This document shows, piece by piece, positions 51,146 to 62,039 of a DNA stretch of 64,000 nt. Each line of letters starts with the position of its first letter. Within the stretch, counting starts at the first letter, position 1. The translations under genes and the position numbers were made by a program. The notes beneath the pieces are model-generated. The model was not told the DNA's origin. It did no database searches and saw nothing but the letters and a program-made list of their open reading frames with translations. Origin of the DNA: Mobula hypostoma (lineage: Eukaryota); assembly GCF_963921235.1 (NCBI RefSeq), contig NC_086108.1, forward strand, positions 93,126,001 to 93,190,000, read 5' to 3'.

Positions 51146-52005
51146 TGTGACGAGAATACACATAAAATTAAGATGTTTGCTGGCCTAGGTTAGCATCAGT
51201 GACATCAGCAGTTGGTCTGCCACCTGCCCTCAGGGGAAGGAGAGATAAGGAACAATGGAGCAGCGTCTGGAGATGTGTAATGAAGGGACGTGGGAGAGAG
51301 AGCAGTCTGGAGCAGCTCCCCCTTTGAACCCTGAACTGTTTGAAGTGATGGACAGGCGATACCCCAGCAGGGGATAAAAAGGGACTGGTTTGCTAAGGCA
51401 GGACACACGCCACCCGAGGTAACGAGACCCTGGAAGCGGTACGCTTCTCATGAGTCGGTGGGAAGTACCAGACAACGGCCAGGGTGGAAGAGTACGATCA
51501 GCGGGAACCCGGTGTGTGTCTGCCCTTGCCTGGGTGCCGGGTTCACTGCAGAGGAGCGACCGCATCTGGAGGAGGGGTCACAGTCGGTGACCTCAGGTGA
51601 CATTACCAAGGACCTGCCCAAAAAGCTGCTTGTGAGCCATATCGTCGGGCTGTGAGTGAAGCCATGTCTGAATGATCAGTTGTTCCTGTTCTCTCTCTCT
51701 CTTCCCCCACGTTGTCCATTGCCATGGCAACGATTACTGCGAACTGAACTACTAAACTGGACTGAACTTTGAGTCACTTTGAAATTTGGTCATTTACCCC
51801 TAGACAACGATAGAGCTTGATTGATGCTGTTATCTTAATTCTGTGCACATGTGTGGTTATCATTGCTGAACTGTTGCATTTATTATCCTTTCGATTACTG
51901 TGTTGCTTGTTTCTTTAATAAAACTTTCTTAGTTCTAGTAATCCAGACTCCAACTGAGTGATCCATTTCTGCTGGTTTGGCAACCCAGTTACGGGGTACG
52001 TAACA
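51146..52005 (+). repeat. 3' LTR (860 bp)
   Basis: Direct repeat of 47115-47975; hand count 16 substitutions and 1 indel. Confidence 0.97.
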
Positions 52006-52954
52006 CACCTGAAGCCTTCCCTATGAGTGGGTATAGCCACAAGGCAGTGGGGGTTTGAGATAGAGCTCTCCTTCTCCTGAGCTGCCAACAATGTCTGATG
52101 AGCCCCATCTCCCCAAAGCGACTGGTTTTAAGGTGCCAGTAACCCACTTTTGCCCCTTCTCCTGGAAATAGAAACGGTTCTGCGGGACTTAGTGAAGAGC
52201 AGGACCTGGACTTGGTTGCATTTAATAGATAGTGGGAGTTTATCACCATTACCACCCCTGGTTAAAACAACCTTAAGAAACCACCTCCAGCGTACATCGA
52301 CATAAATATGTACGAGTATATGGTGACATACCTTATCTAATCAAACTCCGGATGAAGTTGAGCTGCTGATATGTCTTCTTTGCAATTGCATCAATGTGTT
52401 GGGTCCAGGGCAGAACCTCGGAGACGCTGGGCACTGAGGAACTTGAAGCCGTCCCCCCCAATGAGGACTGGTGTATGTTCTCATAACTTCTCAACGTAGA
52501 TCACCGCTGCATTTTCTCTGCCAGTGTGGCTCTTCTGCAACAAATTCCAGGGTAGAACAATGTCTAAAATCAGCAGCAACAAGTCTAGCACCAGACTTGC
52601 TTAAGTGGAGTATAATGTATCCAGTCTTCGATGCTAGATATCTTTGTGACCTTTGGATATGTAGGACAACATGGTGGTACAGCTGGCTGGGCTGTTGCTT
52701 TACAACACCTGCAAATTGAGTTCAGCCCTGACCATTGGTGCTGTCTGAGTGGAGTTTATATGTTCTCTGTGTGATTGCACAGAAGACCAAAAGACCGTAA
52801 GACCATAATGCACATGAGCAAATTAGGCTATTCGGTCCATCGAGTCTGCTGTGCCATTCTATCATTCCTGATTTATTATCCCCCCCATCCCCATTCTCCT
52901 GCCTTTCCCCCATAACATTTGACACCCTTACTAATCAAGAACCTATCAACCTCT

Positions 52955-53269
52955 CATTTGGCGCGTGGCCAATTGGTTAAGGCGTTCGTCTAGTGATTGA
53001 AAGGTCGCTAGTTCGAGCCTTGGCTGAGGTAGCGTGTTGTGTCCTTGAGCAAGGCACTTAACCACACATTGCTCTGCGACGACACTGGTGCCAAGCAGTA
53101 TGGGTCCTAATGCCCCTCCCTTGGACAACATTGGTGGCGTGGAGAGGGGAGACTTGCAGCATGGGCAACTGCCGGTCTTCCATACAATCTTGCCCAGGCC
53201 TGCACCCTGGAGAGTGAAGACTTTCCATGCGCAGATCCATGGTCTCGCAAGACTAACAGATGCCTATTA
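52955..53269 (+). mobile_element. tRNA-derived SINE with CORE-like centre and a tail shared with 10143-10741
   Basis: A box TGGCCAATTGG, B box AGTTCGAGCC, GTGTCCTTGAGCAAGGCACTTAACC; TSD-like TATCAACCTCT/TATTAACCTCT; inserted in a CR1 3' end. Confidence 0.85.
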
Positions 53270-53449
53270 TATTAACCTCTGCTTTAAATATACCCAATGA
53301 CTTGGCATCCACAGCTATCTGTGACGATGAATTCCACAGATTCATCTTCACCTGCCTAAAGACTGAACAATTGGCATGACGATATTCAGTTGTTATCAAG
53401 CGTCAGCACTATCTTTCCCATAAATGGCACATATTTTTCATTATATCAA

Positions 53450-53830
53450 ATCATAAGACCATAAGATATAGGAGCACTATTAGGCCATTCAGCCCATCAA
53501 GTCTGCTGTCCCATTCCATCATGGCTGATTCATTATCCCTCTCACCCAGATTTTCCTGCCTTCTCCCCTTAACCTTTGACACCCTTACTAATCAAGAACC
53601 TATCAGCCTCCACTTTAAACATACCAATGACTTGGCCTCCACAGCTATCTGCAACAATGAATTCCACAGATTCGCCACTCTCTGGCGAAAGAAACTTCTT
53701 TTCATCTCAGTTCTAAAGGGCTGTCCTTGTATTCTGAGGCTTGTGCCCTCTGGTCCTAGACTCTCCCAGAACTGAAATCATCTTCTCTATGTCAAATCTG
53801 TCTGAGCCTTTCAATGCTGGATAGGTTTAC
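53450..53830 (-). mobile_element. CR1 LINE 3' end
   Basis: (CATAAGA)n tail and 3' UTR as at 2370, 16330 and 52785. Confidence 0.85.
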
Positions 53831-54709
53831 CGAGTATTGGACATGTGTTCTCCAGTTGCTCTATTTCCTTCTGCTGGTGAATGGCAGAGTCTTAGGAGAG
53901 TTGATGGGGAAATGGGGAGAACAAAATGTTATTAGTGTCGGATTGATATAAGTAGGTGCTTGATGGTTGGTACAGACCCAGTGGGCTGAATGGCCTGTTC
54001 CCATGCTGGATTCTATACTCAGTCAGAAACTGATAGTTCTTTGAACTGTGAAGGACAAGACAATGAAGATAATGAATATAGTGGATACTGTCAGTGTCCA
54101 AAGTTCTAGATTCCAGATACCAGAACAATTCCCTTAGAATGAAATGTAACAAACATAACCTCATATTGAAGAAAAAATGGTATAAGGGATCTGTGAGAAA
54201 TTGTTCAGTGAATCCTCATTACCAGTCATAGTCAGAATGCAAGTCACTGATTTGTGTTATCCGTTGCCATTTTTATGACAGGTTCCGAGAATCTGTCATT
54301 TTTTAATAGTCAGAATATGATCCCTGAAGCATGACCACAATAGCAAGCATGAGAACTGGGCAGCAAGCCTGTATTCAACAAATCTCAGTGCGTGCTGCAG
54401 GCCGTGTGCCAGGCTGGAAGTGAATGTCTTTAAATGCTTCCTGTCTTTTGTATATCCTTAATAAAGCAAAGTCTGAATTGGTGGAGCTGGCTGGAGACTT
54501 GGAAAGTATCATATTGTGAACCTGGCAATGAATCGGGGGAAAAAGAGGTTTCAGTGTTACCAGTGGATGGATTCTGTGCTTGGTGACTGTCCTGACCACA
54601 GCTGATGCTTTGTGTAACGAGATTACTGTTCACTCTGCTATGAAATCATTTTGGTCCCAAAGCACCATTCAGGTATATTTTATAGTTTGATGAAACAAAT
54701 GAAATGATT

Positions 54710-55930
54710 CTGACTGTCCACCCTATCTATGCCTCTTATAACTTAAAACCCTCTATCATGTCTCTCCTAAGCCTTTGACACCATAGGGAGAACAAATCAA
54801 TTTTGTCCAATCTTTCCTTATAGCACATACCCTCTAATCCAGGCAGCCTCCTCGCACCCTCTTCACTGTCTCTGCATTCTTCGTGAAATGGGTCGCCAGA
54901 AATGCACACAAGTGTGGTCTGATTAAAGTTTTATATAACTGCAGATTGGCCTCTTTACTCTTATACTCAACACCTCTACCAATGAAGGCAAGCATGCCAT
55001 GTGCCTCCTTTACCACCTTATCCAGTTGCATCACCATTTTTCAGTGAACTACGGGCCTGGACATCTAATGAAAGGAGAAAGTGTAAAGTTAATGATATTG
55101 AGGTGATAGTCTGTACCTCAATAAAATTCGCTGTGTACTTTCCCCTTTCACTTGACCAGCCAAGTGCTCACATTTGCCTGGGTTAAGCTCCATCTGCCAC
55201 TTGTATATCCCGCTATACTTTGATAGTCCTTTACGATGTTCACACTTCTCTAATCAAGGTGCCATTACAAATTTGTTAATTCAGCCACCTTCATTTTCGT
55301 CTAAATCATTGATATACATCACTAACACCAACAGTCCCTGCACAGACCCTTGTGGAACAGCACTGGTCCAGCCAGAATAAAAACTATCTACCCCTACTCT
55401 ATGGACAAACTAGATATGAATCCAAACCTGCAATTCACCCTACATCCCTTACGTCTTTATCTTCTGAATAAACCTACCATTCTCACCTTTGCATCCTTTG
55501 AAAAGACTCGATCAAGTTTGTAAGGCATGAACTGCCCTACAAAAGCCATGCTAACTATCCCTTAGAAGGCAATGCCTTTCCAAATGCACATAAACCCTGT
55601 CCATCAGAATCCTCCCCAATGGCTTCCCTGCCACTGATGTGAGGCTCACTGGTCTATAATTACATGGATTCTTCTTACTTCCTTTGCACCGCATTTGCTG
55701 CTCGCCAGTCCTCTGGGACCTCACTTTTTGCTGCTGCAGACTAACCTCTTTGAGTACTGGTGTGACATTGTCCCTTATCAGTAGTGTCATCCCTCCACCT
55801 CTTTTATACCCCCCCCCATCAAGTCTAGAACAACAAAACTCAGGAACATTCAGCTGCTAGTCATGTCCCTCACAGAACCATTTCTCTCCAACAGCAACAA
55901 TTCCATGTACTGATCCAGGCTCTAAGTTCG
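54710..55930 (-). mobile_element. Old, deleted CR1 LINE fragment
   Basis: NYRPVSLTSVAGK, VKEAHGMLAFIGRGVEYKS..LYKTLIRPHL. Confidence 0.85.
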
Positions 55931-55941
55931 TCCTCCAAAAT

Positions 55942-56436
55942 CATAATCATCATCATCTTTATGCACCATGTCATATGGTGTGGGTGATCATGGTCTTCCA
56001 TCTGTCCTTAATCTGACAAGTAGCAAGGGAGTGTTGCCTCTGCAGAGACCCACCCTCCCCCCTACTCCACCACTCTCATTCTCCTCCCCATGCCTGATTG
56101 TTCTTGCCAACATTTTCTACAGGATTGTTTTGCCATCGCCTTCTTCTGGGCAGATTCTTTACAAGACGGGTGATCCCAGCTGGTATCAATACTCTTCAAA
56201 GACTGCCGGCCTGGAGTCGACGGTTGCATAACCAGGACTTGTGATGTGCACCAGCTGCTCATAGGACCATCCGACCATCCACCCCCTGCTCCCATGGCTT
56301 CACGCGACCCTGTTTGGGTGGTGGTGGTGGGGGGCTGTTGGCATAAGACTTTGCCCAAGGGTGACCTGCAGGCTAGCAGAGAGAACGAGCACCTTACAGC
56401 TCCCTTGATACAAAAGTCCCTCCGCTCCACCACCCT
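55942..56436 (-). mobile_element. BovB/RTE-derived short non-autonomous element with (TGA)n tail
   Basis: Minus strand GAAGAAGGCGATGGCAAAACAATCCTGTAGAAAATGTTGGCAAGAACAATC resembles the Bov-A/BovB leader motif; TCATCATCATC tail; non-coding. Confidence 0.6.
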
Positions 56437-56718
56437 AAAACTACCATAGTCCTAACATTGGAATGAACACATTTTAGCTCATCAGTCTCACCATATTTAT
56501 TAGCCTGTCCTTCCCTTCAGTTTGACTAGTTATACCATCTGTGTTCTATGCTTCATAAAATAATAAAATGGTCCACAATGGATTTAGCCTCTGAGTATCA
56601 GGCGATGCTTATTGCAAACAAAAGAAAATCTGCAGATGTTAGAAATCCAAGAATGCGACACACATGCCCAGCATTCTGAATGTCAATCGCACTTTGATGT
56701 AAACATTAAAGCAGCAAT

Positions 56719-56915
56719 GCCGGCTGCTGGCGTAGTGGCATCCACACCGGACTTCGAGGCCAGAGGTCCCGGGTTCGAGTCCGGCCGGCTCTTTGCACAC
56801 TTCCCATCCGTGCCGGGGTTGAGTGTCGAGCTAGCAACTCGGCCTCGTGAAAAACAGACAACTGCTAAAGACATGATCATGGTTGTGCATCGTGGTTCCA
56901 CCACGTAAGAAAGGT
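56719..56915 (+). mobile_element. tRNA-derived SINE (tRNA-like head 56719-56790)
   Basis: A box TGGCGTAGTGG, B box GGTTCGAGTCC, GCCGGC acceptor-like stem, followed by non-tRNA body GAGCTAGCAACTCGGCCTCGTGAAAAA. Confidence 0.75.
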
Positions 56916-56973
56916 TGGTGGTAGGATTAGCAGACTCAACATCGATATCCTATCCTAACGCAAACCTGTAAGC

Positions 56974-57041
56974 CAGGGGTTTCCAACCTTCTTTAATGCC
57001 ATTAAACAAGCGGTCTGTGGACCCAAGGTTGGGAACCCCTG
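56974..57041. mobile_element. 68-bp hAT MITE
   Basis: TIRs CAGGGGTTTCCAACCTT / AAGGTTGGGAACCCCTG (16/17); flanks CTGTAAGC/CTTTAAGA (6/8). Confidence 0.8.
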
Positions 57042-57349
57042 CTTTAAGAAAACTTATCTTTGCTCCTGCCTGCTATGTTGATTGCCACCACTCAGTGAAA
57101 CACAGAGGGAGTGTTTCACCATTAGAAACACAATTTTCTAATTTTAAGCCAGAGCTCTATCCACTCTCCCGGATGGATGTAAAAGAGAACCTGGTCACTA
57201 TTTGTCCCTTTCTCAACACCACTAGTTGCTGACTAGTTATTATCACATTGCTTTATGGGGCAGCTTACTGTATGCAAAGTACCTGTGTACACAGTGCACG
57301 CACTTCAGAAGTATTTCTGGGCTAAAAGTGTTTTGGGATATCAGGAAAA

Positions 57350-57932
57350 GAATATAGTTCAAGGACCTTCAGCCCAAGATGTTCTGCAGACTTTTAACCT
57401 ACTTTAAGATCCATTTAACCTTTCCCCCCTCAAGACCCTTCTATTTTTCTATCATCCATGCGCCTATCCATGAGATTCTTAAATGTCCCTAATGTATCCA
57501 CCTCTACCACCATTCCCGGCAGGGCGTTCCACTCACCTACCACTCTCTGTGTAGAAAACTTACCTCATACATCCCCTCTATACTTTCCTCCAATCACTTT
57601 GGAATTACGCTCCTCATATTAGTCATTTCTGCCTTGGGAAAATGTTTCTGGCTATCCACTCGATCTATTCCTCTTACCGCTATCAAGCTGCCTCTCATAG
57701 ACCTTCGCTCAAAAAGAAAAACCCCAGCTCACACAACCTATCCTCATAAAACTTGTTCTCTAATCCAGGTAGCATCCTAGAAAACTCCCTCTGTGCCCAC
57801 TGCACGGTCTGTAAAGCTATCCACTCAATCTATGCCTCTTATTATCCTATACACCTGAACCAAGTTACCTCTTGTTCTCCTTCACTCCAAGTGAAAAGCC
57901 CCAGCTTGTTCAAACTGTCCTCACAAGACAAT
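57350..57932 (-). mobile_element. CR1 LINE 3' fragment
   Basis: Similar to 13330-13770 and 7345-7515. Confidence 0.8.
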
Positions 57933-58136
57933 AGTGTGCACTTAATAAATGCAAATAATTTCCTTTCTTTCTTTGTTCTCAATCTAAAGATGATAGGAAT
58001 TTAATTGAGAAAAATCCAATAAATTAGCTCTAAAATCCCCCTCCCTGTTTGAACTCCTGCCACAACACCGGAGCCTGAATATCATATACCTTGATGTCAA
58101 GCAAATCATAAAAACAAGATATTCTGCAAATGCTGG

Positions 58137-60006
58137 TGTAACACTTGGCTTGATCAACCCACGTTTGTCTAGGGGAAGCTGCCGTCTGCCCGCCAAACTG
58201 CGTCTCACGTTTGTGTAGATGCTGTGTAATGCACCCTGGTACAAACCCACAATGTAAAACAGGGGTCCCCAATCTTTTTTGCACTGCAGACCGGTTTAAT
58301 ATTGGCATTATTCTTGCGGACCAGCTGACCCGGGGAGGGTGGGGTGTAGGGTTGCCAACGGACAAAAGTAGCAGTCATATTAGTTGTGTTTACCCAGAGA
58401 AAGACTACAATGACCACAAAGCCTTGCGCAGGCACCAGTGGCATGCGTGACCTGCCCATGCGTGTACCTGCTGATTTTTTCCGCTGCAAATTGTTTTTGG
58501 CGATTCTGCTCGGGGGCGGTGGGGGGTTGTTAATCACGACCAGAATATAGGTGATAAGTGGCTTATACACTCAATTTCATTTGTAAAAGGGTTTATCTAA
58601 CGAATTTAATATTAAACACACAGCGCATATTTTCCTCGCACGAATATAGTGATAAGTCAATTATCAGGGGAGGACAGAGGAGCTTGAAAGTAGAGGCAGG
58701 TTCGATATTATCATTAAAAGAAAAATTGGATCGGTATATGGACTGGAAAGGAATGGAGGGTTATGGGCTGAGTGCAGGTCGGTGGGACTAGGTGAGAGTA
58801 GCGTTCGGCACGGACTAGAAGGGCAGAGGTAGCCTGTTCCCGTGCTGTAATTGTTCTATGGTTATATAAGTAAGTCAATGGCATCATAACATTTTAAGCA
58901 ACATTTGGACATTAAACACACAGCACATATTTTCCCCGTATGAACATATAAAATCATTGCAACACATCAATATTGGTGAATCAGTGCGGGCCCTGGGCTT
59001 GTTTCCCTGCAACAAGACGGTCCCATGGAGGGGTGATGGGAGACAGCGATACTCGAAGGGGGTTCCTTATGCCCAGTCTATTCCGCAATTTAGTTTTCGT
59101 TGCATTCATTGCAGAAAACTCCGCTTCGCAGGAAAATGTTGGAAATGGAAGCAACGTTTTCAGTGTTTTCGTGGCTACCTCAGGATATTTAGCCTTGACT
59201 TTGATCCAGAATACCGGCAGAGATGTTATGTCAAACATACTTTTCAGCCCGCCGTCATTTGCAAGCTCGAGGAGTTGATCTCCTTCCTGCGCTGACATGG
59301 GTGATGCGCGGGTTTTGACCTTGCATGCATTCAAGCTCAACAGTGGGTGTGACAGGGAATGAGGAAAGGTTTCCTCACGGCCCGGCAGGGAATGAGGAAA
59401 GGTGCCGCTGACAGGGAAAGGTGCAGCTGACTCATATTGCCAAATCATATCGTTTCCTCGCGGCCCGGTAGCAAATGCCTTGCGGCCCGGTGGTTGGGGA
59501 CCGCTGATGTAAAACATCAGATAGTACACAATACGTGATTAAATGATTACACTTTATAACTCTTATTTGATGATGTGGTTAGTAGAAAAGCAAAATTGTA
59601 AAGAAAAAGGCGCTACTGTAGTTAATTTTAATCAGTCTGTGCACAAGTAAATTCATTGGAGCTCACGGAAACAGGTCTCCTTTCCACTAATCGATCTTGT
59701 CCGAACTCCGTCGACCCTTGGCTGGGACCAACCCCGGTGGTCTACCAGAGCGCTCCGAGCGCGGCTGCCCTCTTCTCTTCTCCTCGACAAAAAGCCCGCG
59801 CACTAGCTCCGGTTCCCACAGATACAAGATAGAATAACATGACTTCCATTGGTTAGTTCCCCGTTATCTGTAGCTATAACCCAAACATGGCAGCTACAGA
59901 GAAACATTACCTCATCAGTTAACATTGCAGAGAAGCCATTTCATTATAACACTAGAGAGAAGCCATTTTATTATTAGCAGTTAACATTACTGAGAGCCCC
60001 CCTACA
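58137..60006. mobile_element. Solo LTR (about 615 bp net) interrupted by a hAT element
   Basis: TGTA...TACA termini with 4-bp TSD CTGG; removing it restores TCTGCAAATGCTGG/AAATCCAGAGCAAC of a Penelope-derived short element. Confidence 0.75.
58260..59506 (-). mobile_element. hAT Charlie-like deletion derivative with transposase C-terminus
   Basis: TIRs CAGGGGTCCCCAA / TTGGGGACCGCTG; perfect TSD ATGTAAAA; ORF 58981-59529 FWIKVKAKYPEVA..LLPFPT..CEAEFS..TKTKLRNRL..KQAQGPH (hAT dimerisation domain). Confidence 0.93.
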
Positions 60007-61134
60007 CTGGAAATCCAGAGCAACTCACGCAAGGTGCTGGAAGAACTCAGCAGATCAGACAGCATTTGTGGAAATGAATAAACAGTCAAGATTTCAGGCG
60101 AAGATTCTTCTTCAGGACTGGAAATGAAGGAAGAAGACGTGAGAATAAAAAGAAGGGGGAGGAGGAGAGCTAGAAGATATCATGTGGACAGGATCGAATG
60201 AAGCAGCAGAAAGCTGTGAACTCAGTCAGCTCATTAGTGGGCCCTCGCCTCCCCAGGATCCAGAACATCTTCAAGAAGGCAGCATCCATCATTAAAGACC
60301 CCCATCACCCAGGGCTCTTCTCATTGCTACTATCAGGGAGGAGGTACAGGAGCCTGGAGGCACACACTCAATGATTCAGTAGCAGCTTCTTCCCCTCTGC
60401 CATTGTGTTTTTAAACAACAAATTTCACCAGATATGCCAATGATATGAAACCTGATTCTGAGATGCTAGGTGAAGCCAGGTGATAATGTTTCTTTTGGAA
60501 GGCACAAAGTATTAAGCTCAGTCCTACAACTTCCCCATCTCAATCTGTATCAAACTGATGGAGCAATCCCAAGTGCCTTTAATGCAAAATAAACTATTGC
60601 CCTTCTCAGCACAGACTCTGCAGCCTCCTCTTGACCCATAAAGAAACACAAGGCCTTATTAGTGGCTGCAGCAAAGCAGTAAATAATCTCTACCACTTAG
60701 CCTAAAGTAGCTCAAAGCAAATAATGTCACAGTGAGAAAGAGCAGGCATCTGGCATCTGAATGAACAGGACGAGTAAAACTGCACATCCTCAGCCAATGA
60801 CAGGATAGTGATGCTAACAGCATGAAGCCCGAGAAGTAAATTTTAACGATGAGCTTTATTTTCGTTTCATCAGCCCTTTTCATAAATGCAGAAAGAAGTG
60901 TTCCAATATGATTGCTTTTCCACACTGGGTTTTGTGTGGGAAATGCTGCGCAATCTAATCAGTGTTGTGTCACCGCTCCCCAGTGTGAACATTCCTTGTT
61001 AACGCAGCCAGAAAATTTAAACTATTGCTACACTGAATTGTCCTGTGTGTCTGAGCTTAATTCTTCTGCTGAATGTGAGCTGGGCCAACGTTAACTATTG
61101 AACTGAATGGCATCGAAAGGTTATCATTTCAGAG

Positions 61135-61955
61135 GCTCTCTTAATACAGCAAAGACTAAGGAGCTAATTATCAACTTTGGAAAGTCACGGGATGATGATT
61201 ACGCTCCAGTCTACATTAACGGAGACATAGTGGAGAGAGTGTCCAGTTTCAGGTTTCTGGGAATACACATCTCAGAAGACCTTACATGGTCCACTAACAC
61301 CACTACAATAGTTAAGAAAGCACAACAGCGCTTGTTTTTTCTCAGGATGCTGAAGAAAGCTGGTCTACCTGAACAGATGCTGGTGACCTTTTACCGCTGC
61401 ACCATAGAGGGCATCTTAACATACTGCATCTCTGTGTGGTATCTGGGTTGTACAGCAGCTGATAGGAAAGCTCTTCAGCGGGTCGTCTCTAGCGCACAGA
61501 AGATCATCGGGACACAGCTCCCAGCCCTGGAGGACACCTACAGCTCTCGCTGCCTAAGGAAAGCTACAAACATCTGTAAGGACAATACACACCCATGCAG
61601 TCATCTGTTTGAACTTCTTCCAGCTGGCAGATGTTATAAGATTTTCTATGCCCGCACTTCCAGACTGAAAAATAGCTTTTTCCCCGGAGCTATAATTGCT
61701 CTGAACCAATTGATCAAGCATCATCCATAAATTTGTTATATTGCTACTTTAATACTGGTTTTATGGCTGTCAGGCACCTGAGTTGTGCTTTTGTACTGCT
61801 GGACATTGCTTGTACTGGCTGGTTACTTGATTTATTTATTGTTTATTTATTTTATTTGTTGTTTTATAGCATTGAGTACGAGAGTTGCAAACTCATTTTC
61901 ACTGTGTTGGTGCATGACAAATTGTACTATGCAATGACAATAAAGATACTTCATT
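61135..61955 (+). mobile_element. Rex1/Babar LINE 3' end with open RT C-terminal frame
   Basis: ORF 61107-61730 LNTAKTKELII..FRFLGIHISEDLTW..KKAQQRLFFLR..RTSRLKNSFFP; ATGACAATAAAG end. Confidence 0.92.
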
Positions 61956-62039
61956 TCGTCCGTCCTGGAACCAGCATGTGAGTGCCTTCACTAAGAAGGC
62001 ACGGCAGTGAAGATTTTGAATGTTATCAAAAACTTAGAC

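Larger units (their letters stand above)
47115..52005 (+). mobile_element. Complete Gmr1-like (Gypsy superfamily) LTR retroelement, non-autonomous deletion derivative
   Basis: Two TG..CA LTRs, 4-bp TSD CACC (47111-47114, 52006-52009), PBS, PPT, single ORF with gag-PR-IN-RT-RH order. Confidence 0.95.
46878..52272 (-). mobile_element. Non-autonomous RTE/Vingi-type element (relative of 10143-10741) split by the LTR retroelement
   Basis: 46878-47114 and 52006-52272 join into the reverse complement of a diverged 10143-10741 (CAGGAGAAGGGGC, CCTTAAAACCAGT, GCCTTG.GGC.ATACCCAC, CTGGCAA.TCCT). Confidence 0.75.

Noticed and set aside
56345..56436. HDV-like ribozyme at the 5' end of the RTE-derived element
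   Set aside because: A P1-like pair (AGGGTGG/TCACCCT) exists, but P2, P3 and L3 could not be assigned.
56719..56790. Functional tRNA gene (TCG anticodon)
   Set aside because: Imperfect D and anticodon stems, no oligo-T terminator, and it continues into a SINE-like body.
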